Shown: positions 1-11,181, numbered from the stretch's first letter. The stretch is DNA of 33,039 nucleotides from Jimgerdemannia flammicorona (GCA_003990765.1 RBNJ01000325.1:1-33039); one strand, 5' to 3'. Made by a program: numbers and translations. Notes: a model not told the origin generated them from the sequence alone.

Positions 1-142
1 CTTCCCAATGAAAGACCACTTTGTCTAACACTATTGCCACCCTTCCACCACTCTGCTCACAGATCCTTACCACCAAACAGCAATGTTGTCCCCCCTGAGG
101 ACCCCAACCCACCCACCACCCAGTCAACAGATCCCCCAACAG
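1..142 (-). mobile_element. Fragment of a LINE related to the 439-1408 insertion, interrupting the 3' LTR of gypsy element A (continues off the left edge)
   Basis: 1-135 aligns by eye with 600-730 (aagaccact...cacagat...caccaaacagca) and has the same C-rich plus-strand bias. Similarity to A's 5' LTR stops abruptly at 143. Confidence 0.6.
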
Positions 143-165
143 GCTAATTTGGATCAACCATCACA
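143..165 (-). repeat. Start of the 3' LTR of element A (first 23 bp only)
   Basis: gctaatttggatcaaccatcaca (143-165) vs gctaattcggatcaaccatcaca (7370-7392), 22/23 identical. Reads TGTGATGG... on the minus strand. Confidence 0.8.
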
Positions 166-178
166 ATTTCCTCCTAAA
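166..178 (-). promoter_or_regulatory. Polypurine tract of element A
   Basis: Minus strand reads ttAGGAGGAAAt immediately before the TG of the 3' LTR. Confidence 0.65.
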
Positions 179-199
179 TAAGTAAATTGTCTCTGAAAT

Positions 200-1660
200 A
201 TCCTATTAACTTGAACTCCCAAGCTTCTACAATTTGTATCTCTTTGTACTGTACAATTTGTATCATTATGTTCTCCCAATAGTGTCTCTTGGTGTGTCTA
301 AAGTCTCCTGGAACTACTTCTTAGAAATGGGCTAGGGCTGGCTCATCATCTTTGAACAGCTTATTAACTTATTTGGTGATTATGATCTGGGCATAAGAGA
401 GCTGGCACTTTCTGATCCAGTCTTCTTTTCTCATCTCTTTTTTTTTTTTTTTTTTTTTTATAGTTGCTTGGACTTCTTTATTATCTAGATAACTAATACA
501 ATAATAACTCTATATCCTGACCAATCTATCATATATAATTATGTTATTCCCTCACACTATCCAATACTCCTAGGGAGCCTCCCCCCCATACTCTCATACT
601 TGAAGACCACTCTGCCACCCACTACTCCAATTCTCCTCTCACTCTACCCACAGATTTTCTTCACCAAACAGCACCACTGACCCTCCTGCAGACTCTATCC
701 TAACCACTAGCCTGTCAAGATATCCTCTATCAACCCTTCTCATCTCACCAACTGCTCTCCCAAACTCAAATACTTCCCTTCCTCAAATACAAACAGCCAG
801 TGACCTACTAGTCCCACTCATACTACTAATACCCAACCTAAAGTCAGTCACTCTCTCCCCACCCCCTCCACCAATCTATCTCTCAGATCCTCCCATCAAT
901 CCTGCTCTCTATCCCCCATATACACCCCATCTAATCTATTCCCAACTACTAATCAAAAACCTCCCAGTATCTTGTACTTCTCCAGCCAATGTTCTGATAT
1001 CTGCACAAACCCCCCTTCCTGTCCTACATTATAGCACTCCTCACAATAAAAGTCCCCTTCCTCTATAAGATGGCTTGAGCAAAAGTTGAGCATAACATTC
1101 CTCTACAACATGCACTATCAAACCACTCAGTACTTGGGTGGCAACCATTGCTATGTTACTGCACTCCAGGCCCAGACTCCATTCCAGTCCCACTTCTTGC
1201 CAATTCTAGCCATCTGCTAGCAGCTAGGCCATACATCCTGTCCCATCCCCCTTTGGTACTCTACTCTATTACTAATATTAAAGTTTATAAGGGAGATACC
1301 CCCCAGTAACACTTGATCCTAACTCCACATTGCTGGGCCCCAAGGCACCTCTCCTTCATCCCCCTGCTAGTAAATTCTGATATGGTGAGCTCTATTTACT
1401 ACTCTCTACTTCTTTTCTCATCTCTGCCTGCAAGTTCAGTAACTGTCCTAACTTGAAGTATTCTTGAAGCTCTGTCTAATTCTGGTAGGCCTTGAAGTGT
1501 GAAATTTATGATAGATATATGTATCTGTATTATATTTTAGATACCATCAAAGAATTCCTCCATTGTAGGCAGCTTAGTAGTATACTATTGTCTTTCTATG
1601 ACTCATTATATAGCACTAGTGATCTTGAGACCTGTGACCATACTTTATTAACTAGCCATG
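200..1660 (-). pseudogene. Extra ORF of element A between integrase and 3' LTR, split by the LINE insertion (bounds approximate)
   Basis: Removing the LINE and one TSD copy restores a continuous frame: ELQEYFKLGQLLNLQAEMRKEDWIRKCQLSYAQIIITK*VNKLFKDDEPALAHF*EVVPGDFRH. It resembles the extra ORF of C. Confidence 0.5.
439..1408 (-). mobile_element. 5'-truncated LINE (L1/Tx1-like ORF2 C-terminus with zf-RVT region), with poly(A) tail and 17-bp TSD
   Basis: T22 at 438-459 is the poly(A) on the minus strand, with AATAAA at 477-482 (minus). Direct repeat cttcttttctcatctct at 422-438 and 1409-1425. Minus translation gives KKWDWNGVWAW...LPPKY...DFYCEECYNVGQEGGFVQISEHWLEKY, a W..VW..PPK segment plus CxxC...H zinc-finger pattern. 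Confidence 0.88.
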
Positions 1661-4600
1661 ATATTTCTTAAGTTAGTTTTAGTGAATAGTAGTAAGGGTG
1701 ATTGTGTCTGAGAGTTTATGTAGCCAAAAGGTGGTTCTTTTTATATCTTATACAAGATAAGGTTCTTTCCATTTAGGCTCCAGTTTTCATGACTATGAAG
1801 CTTCTATTATATTCTGATATACCAGGACTTTGTCTCCTATCTTAATAATCTTCAGGGGCTTGTGAATTTTTTCTGCATTGTTCTATTATAATGTCTGTAC
1901 CTTAGTTATATAATCTTCAGCCTTCTTTCTGATTTGGTGTAGTCTTTGTATCTCTGTGTCCACACATATCTATAAAGCATCTCCATTGAATAATAAGGTT
2001 CTTTGAGAACTTTTTTTTCTGAATAGCATTTCTCAGAAAGTAAAGTGGGTGCTTTGTGATCAGATATCTCAGAGAGCAGATAATGCTATTGGCAGATAGT
2101 GATACCAGTTTTTGTAGTTATCACAGATCTTGGCAATAATATTCTTAAGAGTTTTGTTAGTTCTTTCTATATATCCATTTTCTTGTGAATGATAGGCTGT
2201 GATCTGAATGTACTGGATCTTATATTTCTTGTAAAGAACCTTAAAGAACTGGTTTATGAATTCTGTTCCTCTGTCTATAATTACTTGCATTGGGGTCTTG
2301 AATCAGCAGATGATTTCTTTATAGAAGAAATTGGCAATTGACTGTGCAATTGGGTTTCTTGAGGAGTTCTGCCTCTATCTATTTCATGAAAAGGTCTACA
2401 ATAACTATAATATATCAGTAATCAATCAAAGTCAATGATAGGGGGCCAATTATATCTATTGCAATGTGTACAAAGGGTACTGGTTCTATATATGCTGATC
2501 CTGAGATCTGATTTTATTGATTTTATTTCTGTTTCTGATATTTGTTGTAGGTCTTGACAAATTGTCTGATATCTTCCTCTATTCCCAGCTACCACATTGT
2601 TCTTCTTGCTTTATCATATATATTTATTCCTCCTAGATAGCTAAGTTCATATACTGACTTCATTGCTTACTCTTTCTTATATTCAGATATGACTAGTAAT
2701 TTTCCTTTCTTCAGTATTTCTCCATCAGTTTCGAATTGTTTCTATGTTCTGTTGATAATTGTTTATATCTATTCTTCCAGATATTGGGGCATCTTTTGCT
2801 GTCTCAGGTAGGTGATAATTCTGTAGTAGAGCTCCTTTTGATTTGCTGGTTGGGAGTCCTTTAGAGTATCTATGAGATGATATCTGCATTGGCATTGGTT
2901 CTTTCTGAGTAGTATATGATGGTTATATCATAGGCTTGCAACTTTATGATCTATCTTATATAGATTCCTTTGGGCTGTCCAGTGGTCAGTAGCTAAGTGA
3001 GGGCTGAATGATCTGTCTGGATAGTGAATTATCTTCTAGTGAGATAGTAGTGGAACTTTTCTATAGCCCAGATGACTGTAAGGCATTCTAACTTATAGAA
3101 TTCATATACTTTTTCAGCTTCTTGGATTCCTTGGCTTAGATATGCAATGATATACTCTACTTTATCTTTCTTTTGAGTCAGGATTACTCCTAGTTCTTGG
3201 ATGCTTACATCTGTCTGCAGGATGAATTCTTAAGTCCAATTAGGTCTTTTGAGGATGGGTATCTGAGTCAGTCTGATCTTAAGCTCATTGAATGCTTTTT
3301 GTTACCTATCAGTCTATTGGAACTTGATATCCTTCTTGTTGAGTTTATAGATTGGGCTTATAATGTTGAAGAATCCTCTGATAAATCTCTAATAGTAGGA
3401 GGTAAGTCCTATGAATACTTGGGCTTTGGTAACTATAGTGGGCCTTAGGTATGCTACTACTGCTTGAATATTGAGGGGGTCTGTGTGTGTTTCATCTCAA
3501 TTGATAATATGACCAAGATAGATGATCTTGATTTCTATGAACTTGCACTTCTTATACTTGATATAAAGACCATGATGTCTTAGCTTCTCTATCATCTGCT
3601 GAATGTACTGCAGATGTTCCTCAGATGTCTTGCTGTAGATGATCACATCATCTATATAGACCATCATCTATCTTTCTATATTATAGTAGAAGATTTTGTT
3701 TATTATTCACTGAAAGCTTGCTGGTGCAATGCACATTCCAAATGGTATTCACAGATAGATATAGGTTCCATCTTGGGTGATAAAAGCTGACTTTTTGCTT
3801 GCTGCTTCAGTGAGCCCAATTTGGTAGAATCCTGAGTATATGTCTAAGGTACTGTAGTATTGTACTTTATCTCCCAAGGTTACAAGAATATCACTAATGA
3901 GGGATAATAGTTGGTGATCTTTCTTGGTAACCAAGTTGAGCTTTCTGTAATCAGTGCAAAGTCTTGAGGCAAATTCTCCTAGCTGGCTTTCTTTTTTTGG
4001 AGTTAGTACAACTGGTGAAGCCCAGAGACTGCTGGCTTCTTTAATAATACTGGCTTCTTCTATCTGCTTGATTTCTTCTCTGAGCCATTAGTGGTAGACT
4101 GGTGGTATTGACCTTACCTTTTGGTAGAATTGTTCAGTATCTTCTATATCTATATCATGATAGTAGTGTGGAGTCTTTCCTTTAATATCCTTGAAATCCA
4201 TAGCTAGGACATCTTTGAATTTATAGAGTATTTTCTTGAGTTCCTTCTTGAGTGGGAATTCATTTCCAATGATGTAGCTATACTTGTTTATAGTTTTCTC
4301 CTTCTTGTGATCCAGTTCAGTGATCTTGATACTAGTGAATACTCCTCTTCCTATAGATCTGAATCCTTTCCTTTCTCTTTCCATTTTCTCCAACTTCTTG
4401 ACTTCTATGATCCTTGGCTGAAGAACTGAGAAGATCAACATATGTGCCAGTCAGTCCTTCTTTTTGATTGGAAATGGAATTGTAGGATTGTAGTTTCTGG
4501 CAATAAGTAGTATTTCTCTAATGTAATCTGAATTGATGACTTCTCCTTCAATTGCGATTTCACTCCTAGCCAGGCTGCTTCTTGTCTTGAGGGTTCTGAC

Positions 4601-6900
4601 ATAGTCCTTTGGAATGGTCATCTCCAGACTAGTTGCAAGTAGGGTGGTTGTCTGGGGCTTCAGTACAGTTTCTTTTACTGTGGCAATATTCATTTTGGCT
4701 ACATTCTCTGACTTGTATTCTGGTAGAACTGCATCAAAGTAGATCCTCTGAATCTTGACCTTGATTTCTTCTTCTTCATCACTGTCCTCCAGAAGGGCTG
4801 GTGATTCATCATTCTCTTCCTCTATCTTTTCTTCTATTGCCTGCTTTTCGAGAGCCTTCTGTCTTCCTTTCTGGTAGATCTTTCTGACACCAATGCTATA
4901 TTTGTAATAGTCATTGATGTGCTTGCTATAGTATATCTTGATTCTATAAAAGCAGACTTCTTATAGTGCATATCTTTCTGTAATCTTCCTGCACCAGTCT
5001 TCTTCACTAATCCATCTGACCTTTTTTTTCTTTTTCTGAGTAGTCACCATATAGGCTTCTTTGCTCACTTTCTTCTTTCTCTATCTCAGGCAGTACTTCT
5101 TTAGTAACATTAATGGGAATTTGTATCTTCTGGCCTCAGTAGATGATCTGCATCTTTTGGGCATTTAGATTGATTATTGCTTTGGCTTTATAAAGCCACT
5201 GGTTGCTGATGAGGATATCATAGTTGGTGGCATTGATCATGATCACATTTACTGGAATAGTTGCTCTCCTAATCTTGATGAGAACATTTCAGATCTTTCT
5301 TAGAGATATGGCTCTTGTGCTATCTACTGTAACAAACACTAATTTGGTTACTTCTTCAACTTCTCAACCTAGGCAGTCTACTGCTTTCTTGCTGAGAAGA
5401 TATCTTCTTGCTCCTGTGTCAATAATGGCTTTGAAGATTCTATCTTCAATCTGATAGGTTACATAGGCAGAGATCTTATAATTATCTTTGCTCTCTTCTC
5501 TTGTGTCTTTTTGAACATTGTTGGCCTCAGTTATCTTCCAACCTTACTTCTTGGTTATCTCAGCAAGTCCATATCTCATTTGCTGTCTGAATGTAGATAT
5601 TTCTGCCAGCTAACTAAAGGTTACATTTACCTTTTGTTAACTGAGGTCCTTAAAGATATTATACTTAAAGGTCTTGGTTTTGCAAAGCTTCTTCTTCTTC
5701 TCTCCTTTATTGACTGGAGTGGTTCCTTAGATGATATCTTGAACAGTTTGTTCTAGCTTCATATCTTGATCTATTTCTTTATCTTGACTTTCTATAGCAG
5801 TCTCCATCTGCTTTTCTACAGAGTTCTTCTTGAGTCTCTCTGATGGTCTCTTGTAGGGTTGTTTGCAGACATCTTTCTTAATAGTCTCAGCAGGATAGGC
5901 TATCCATTATTCTTCATCTGATTCTCCAATCTCTTCAAAGGTGATGATATTAGCCTGTTTCTTATTTCACATAGCATTGCTTGACTGGACCTTGTGCTTG
6001 GTTTTACTCATATATTCATATAAGTAGTGACCTTCTTCTCTACAAGTATAATAGGTATCTTTCTTCTTGTCTGAGATAGCAGCAAACTTCTGAACTGGGC
6101 AGCAGTCTCTTTCTCTAATTTCCTTTACCACATCTCCTAGGTGGGTTGTTATTTTGGTGAACTTCTTGGCAAGTTCCTCCATGGGATCACTATTTCTCTA
6201 CTGCTCAGTAGCTCTTAGCTGAGGTATGTTTCAATTGATCACTATAGTAGGGATCACACTAGTTGTCTTGGATGCTTCAATTCTAACTCCAGTGACTCTC
6301 TCCATTATATAGTCTTATGGATGTCTGGCTATCCAGTATTACTGAGCATAGGTGACTTTTTGTAATAGATTCAGGACTATTGGTGATGAGCAGATAGCTA
6401 AGACTATCTCTGGGTGAACTTCTTTCATGAAGGTTGTCTTGGCTACTTGATCTTGGATAGTGGTAGTATAATCTGTAAAGATTATCTAATATTGGATTCT
6501 GGTATAGAATGTGTTTGAATCCTTACTCATTTCTTGACAAGTTGTATTAAGCTGATCCTTCAGAGCTTGCTTGATCTCATCTGTATAGTAGGTGGCTCAA
6601 AGCCAGGTCTTCTGTACTGCTAGTACTGTATTGTCATCATTTCTCACATAGGTTGTAGCTATGAATGCTGCTCTTGCTGGTCCTCAGAAACTAAAGGACA
6701 GGAGAGCTACTTGCTGTATTGCTGTCAGAGTTCTTATAGCAGTATACTACTCAAAATCATCAATGAAGGTAATGATTGATTTATCTGAGATATATCTATA
6801 GAATACTAATGGTCTCATATCTATCTTATCTAGATATCTTGGTTCAATTTATATGATTGTTTGAGTGATAGCAGTTGTTTGGGTGGTAGTAGTTATTCAT
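1655..6900 (-). pseudogene. gag-pol of element A, many stops and frameshifts (5' bound approximate)
   Basis: ORF fragments 5967-6182 (gag), 4451-4693 and 4088-4441 (dUTPase, pre-RT), 3749-3934 (RT), 2069-2290 (integrase core). Confidence 0.85.
4350..4765 (-). pseudogene. dUTPase domain in pol of element A
   Basis: VLKPQ...IPKDY...KTRSSLARS (motif 2), EGEVINSDYIREI (motif 3, from GGVIDxDYxGEI), KKD*LAHM (motif 4), ERERKGFRS (motif 5). Confidence 0.85.
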
Positions 6901-6956
6901 TATTCAGCTTGAAAGTAGGGAATTCATATTGAATTACCAACCAATAGGTACTAAGT

Positions 6957-7392
6957 TGTAATATAGCAGATACCTAATCTTGAAAATATAGTGGATTTCT
7001 GTATCTTGAAAACTTGACTTGTTCTGACTCTTGCAAAGTCCTCAAGATATAGAGGAGTGAGTTTGAAGTATATCTGCATACAGGCTTACTAGTTCCTCTG
7101 CTATCTCTTTGCTTTGAACTATTTAAATCTGAGGTTTATTCACTCTAAGATACTGGGTTATTTATACAAGTTTGCTAGCTATAAGGTGGCTAAGTTTTGA
7201 CTATGTTATGAGTCACTTTTTACAAATGTTAATACTTGACATTTGTGAAGTGTTTAACATTTGTGAAAACCTTAACACTTATGAAATGACTGCTATTTAT
7301 AAGGTTATACTATATCAGGAATTGGGTTCAGGTACTATGATCAAATGTCTAATTCCCCTGATTCATGTTGCTAATTCGGATCAACCATCACA
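6957..7392 (-). repeat. 5' LTR of element A (inner boundary tentative)
   Basis: Outer end TGTGATGG at 7392 matches the 3' LTR start. Contains the TATAAA...GAGTGAATAAACCTCAG core (7129-7170) shared with the B/C/D LTRs. Candidate inner end ATTACA at 6957-6962. Confidence 0.55.
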
Positions 7393-8514
7393 GTATATAC
7401 ATTCAGATACTTATACCCCTCAAACAAGAGGCGCTATCCCTGCAAGACAAAAATAAATAAATAAATAAAAAAAAAAAATATTAAATCGAGCACTTCTGCT
7501 AAATACTCGTTTAACGCGCCATATAATTGCGTAGGTTTACTGTTCGACCTTTCTTGCTGTTCGAACTTTCTTGCTGTTAGTTGTGATGATCATCAGTGCA
7601 ATTTACAGGGGAATTTTCCTGAATGTACGTGTTTGTACTGGCTATCTTTTCCATTAACGTCAAGAAGAGCAATGAAAAAAACCCCCAAAAGTGGGGGAGC
7701 GGATCCAAAGAATGAGGACTTGCAAAACTAAAATATTCACTTTGTATACTTCGACTTTCAGTGGCGAACATTTGGTGCGAAATCGGCCTATAACAAAAAA
7801 CACGGAAGTGGGCGTAGAAATGTCAACAATACAAACGCACGCAATCGGGGAGGATAGAAACAACTAAACGGTGGTCGAATACAAATGGCAGGCTTACCCG
7901 TTTGTGATCAAACGCGCAAAAGACAAACAGACAGACGGACAGGAAACAGGTGTGTGAGGATCCTGGAATATGACGTTGTACCGTTACAACAAGTATACCA
8001 CATGAAGGGAATGACTTTGGGGGTATGAAAGAAAAGAAAAGAAAAAATTGTGTTAGATTCGATACAGAGAGGTCAAAAAAAAAACCAAAAAAAAAAAAAC
8101 AAAAAATAGATATATTTCCGTTGATATGATTCTATGGACACGGTGATTTTCCGACCGTTTTACGCGACATAAATCCCCAAAATCTCTCGTAGTTATGAAT
8201 CCGTTCGCATTCGAATGTGAAAACCCAATAAAAAATCCTGCTCCTCCGTCTTGATATTTGAAAAGACCCCTTGATGGTGGCTATGGTTGTTGTATTCAGG
8301 TTCACGGCCGCTTGAATGGCCTACGCTCGGGCTAACGGTTAAATCAAACAATTGCAAAAATGGCAATGAATTCAATATACAATCATCCAAAACACTACTC
8401 GTCTCCTATAATTACATAAGAGAAGACATACCATGCATCGGCGACTGCCGCATGGCTATGGTAGCTTCCAGTTATTTCATTAATTCTTTGATTCTGGAAG
8501 AAGCACACAAGCTT

Positions 8515-9060
8515 TTTATCCGCGGCGCTCGGCAGGCGGCACCACGACGACGTGAACATGTTCGTCGTCAAGTTCGTGTAATCTGGATCAACGTTCTGCT
8601 AGGCAGATTCGTGTACGGTTTGTCGCTCGGTTTATCGCGGGAGACGTGCACCTTCCAAAATACGAGGTCTTTTGTGTCGACGTCAAAAATACTTCGCTTT
8701 GATAGCTTCCTTGAAGTCATCAACGCTTTCGGTCTCGAAAATCTTAACTGTGAAAAGGCGCGTTCAGACGGTTGAGGTTTATGAAGTCTGACAAAGAAGA
8801 GTCTGTCAGAGTGAGCGGGTCTCACCAAACTGAGGAATTCGGAAGAATTCGAAAGGAATGTATATGAACGCTAAAGAGGGATGGCGCTTTCTATCTAACC
8901 TAATACATACTCATAGATTACAACTCGCAATGGCGCGGAACGGAAAGGCAAAGAGAGGGACGGTAGTTTTGTAGACGAAGTCGTTGTCGCCACCAGTAAT
9001 TCCACCACAGTTTGAGATCAATGGCGGGTCAGGTGTCACAGGGGCTCGTTTTTGAATCAC
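8515..9060 (-). pseudogene. Crinkler (CRN) effector-family N-terminal domain pseudogene, frameshifted; possibly two tandem CRN-N domains, with further degraded exons toward ~7700
   Basis: Joining minus frames gives RLFFVRLHKPQPSERAF / TVKIFETESVDDFKEAIKAK / FDVDTKDLVFWKVHVS ... / EHVHVVVVPP. These are the DLxLWKV (LxLFLAK-equivalent) and HVLVVVP hallmark motifs. A second AIDLKLW occurs at ~9005-9025. GT-AG intron-like segments at ~8831-8910, ~8331-8432 and ~7789-7897. Confidence 0.78.
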
Positions 9061-9456
9061 TACTAATTAGTTATGAAGCTTCGCGGTAGGGCGACTCTGC
9101 ACTCCTTTGTAGACATGGGCGAAGCAACCGCCTTAGCTCTTATATGGTACACACTTTAAGAATTTTACGCAGGCTTTCTCTTGTGGTAGGTCATATAGAC
9201 GGCTCAACTCGGTGTTCGGGTGGAAGTGAAGAAAGCTCCAGTGCAGAGAGTCGACGATCGGAAAGTAGGCCTCGGCGTAACGGGATGGGCCTAAAGAGAA
9301 CCAAAATTAATAGGAGAAAATGACGGCGAAAGGAGAAAAAGACGGCGAAAGGAGAAAGACGGCGATTGTGGTGACGGGTCGATTGGACGTGTCGATGTTA
9401 CGAGACAAAGGCAGAGGCCGTGTTTCTGACGTTACCTATCGAATCCCTGGTATGTC

Positions 9457-9490
9457 ATTAATAATATTACTATTATTATTATTATTATTA
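9457..9490. repeat. (TTA)n microsatellite, imperfect
   Basis: attaataatattactattattattattattatta. Confidence 0.7.
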
Positions 9491-10161
9491 ACACTATCGG
9501 AAAGTCCAATGCATCCATCCAATAACTCCTCTTCATCAATCGAAATACGTCTTATTGTATATTTTAACTGATGTAATCGAAGATGTAGTGCAACTGAATT
9601 TACAAAGACGCCTCATCCGCCTCACAATTTAATCCATTATTTTAACTTGTGCATGAAACATATATCTTACTGTTTATGCGGGCATAATGTCAGCTACGCT
9701 ATGCCACAAATCACTGGTGGGGTGACACTAAGAGAGGATTTAGATTTCGGCGGCGTTGAGATGAAGACAAATAAATGGTTCTGAACATGCTTTAGTCTAG
9801 GCGCTGTCAAGAATTTCTGCGTTCTATTTATCTTTATAATTATCCAATCTCTTCAAAAATCAGCCCCAGTCGAATTCTTTCTCGAAACGAGAAGTGAATA
9901 GCATTTATTGCGGTTCACCAGCATGTAATCAAGGATACCTTCATCTGGAAAATTGCCCCGCAGATATGTTGAATAGTTGAGCATTAACAAGAAGGCAATA
10001 GACCTACTAAAGGGAATTACGAAGCGATAATGAATTGAATAATAATTTCTTATTTTAATTTAATTTATTTTTTCTTTTCCGAACATCTGAAGCCGATACC
10101 GTGTTATTTACGCGAACGCGTTAATACATAATTATATTGTAATCATGTAAATACTCGTGGG

Positions 10162-11081
10162 TTAAACATTTACATCAAGCGCGTTACATACTCTATAAAT
10201 TGCTCTATGTACACACTCGAGAATCAATGTAGCGAGCGCGGTTGGTGGGCTTTCAAACCTTTGCGACTCACGCAAACATTGTAAATAAACATCTCGTTTT
10301 TCCCCGTCCAAATATAAAGAGACCGGCACTACTGTGTACTTTGCAAGGAGATAACTCAAAAGCAACCTTGCCACTCTTCCGTTCCCATTGATGAAACGGT
10401 GTATGTCCAAGAACTCGCTGAAAAAGCACGCCCCGAGCTTGATAGCTTCTTCCAGCTGCAGGTCCCCCCCCTAAACCTCTCCTAACACTCGTGAAATAAA
10501 TTTTCTATCTTACCGACGATCTAGTCTGGTTTCGAATACTCGTAGTATTCTTGCGCCACCATGACGTCTCGCGTCCTATATTCGCCGGCATTTTCGATCA
10601 AACCATGGCCAACCAGGCGGTGCAGCTCTCGGGCCAAAGATGGTGTAAACCGTTCAATGGGGAGCTCCGGAAAGAGGATGGACGGAAACGTGTTGTTAAT
10701 GGCGTCCAAGATGTTTCGTACTTTCGGAACATTGCGTAAAGAATTGTCGGACGTCTGAGGCAGTGCTTCAACGTCTTCGAGGTTGAGACCGAGCTTCATG
10801 CTGGGTGGCGAGTCGTCAGACGTCTGTAACAGCGCTTCGACGCGGTTGAGGGTGAGGTCATCGACGTTGCCTTCCGCCGAAAGACACTCAAGGAGGTATG
10901 TTTTGCGATGCAAGTCACTATATCCTTCCCAAAATTCCAGTTCAACACTATGGAATGCCAGTCTTATAGCATCTTGGCGCCGTTTTGTGTCCTCGATAAA
11001 ATACGTGGGATTGCGGTCATCGTAAGGCTTCTTCCACCATAGTTTGTCTGGGAATTCAAAGTTGGTGCGCAACATTGCCAT
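10162..11081 (-). pseudogene. Fic/DOC-domain protein pseudogene (class II-like), apparently intronless
   Basis: Fic motif variant HRFINGNGRVAR (consensus HPFx[DE]GNGRxxR), upstream ELHRLV...AGEYRTRDV, and inhibitory-helix-like CLSAEGN. The two ORF halves are joined by KPD*IVGKIENLFHEC*ERF / DLQLEEAIKLGACFFSEFLDIH, with two TAG stops (10521-10523, ~10482-10484) and a frameshift at the G8 run (10464-10471). Confidence 0.88.
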
Positions 11082-11181
11082 TTTGAATGCCTTTGGGGTT
11101 CTGGTTGTAATGGTCGGCAGTTAGTTGTCATAAAGTGCGGATACGTTGAACATGACGAAAAACAATACTACGTACAATACG

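Larger units (their letters stand above)
143..7392 (-). mobile_element. Ty3/gypsy LTR retrotransposon A, heavily degenerate: gag-PR-dUTPase-RT-RNaseH-IN plus extra 3' ORF
   Basis: Minus-strand remnants are in gypsy order: decayed Zn knuckle (YYTCREEGHYLYEY, ~6010-6060), protease AIIDTGA (~5410-5430), dUTPase, RT (TLDIYSGFYQI, YIDD ~3650), RNase H (LQTDVSIQ ~3200-3220), integrase (IDRGTEF...GYIERTNKTLK) and WKEPY tail (~1760). LTR ends match at 143-165 and 7370-7392. Confidence 0.92.

Noticed and set aside
7541..7578. 17-bp tandem duplication (tgttcgacctttcttgc)
   Set aside because: Two copies only, with no associated structure; likely local slippage.
8287..8775. 162-aa plus-strand ORF as a gene
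   Set aside because: It is antisense to the CRN motifs and to minus-strand splice signals, with no recognisable domain.
9320..9571. 83-aa ORF with poly-Leu as a membrane or secreted peptide
   Set aside because: The Leu run comes from a (TTA)n microsatellite and the N-terminus from a short gacggcgaaaggagaaa duplication.
10482..10523. Intron (GTAAG...TTAG) or TAG reassignment rescuing the Fic gene
   Set aside because: The first TAG lies before the GT, the intron would be only ~32 nt, and the segment translates as the expected Fic helix. Reassigning TAG alone would still leave the frameshift.
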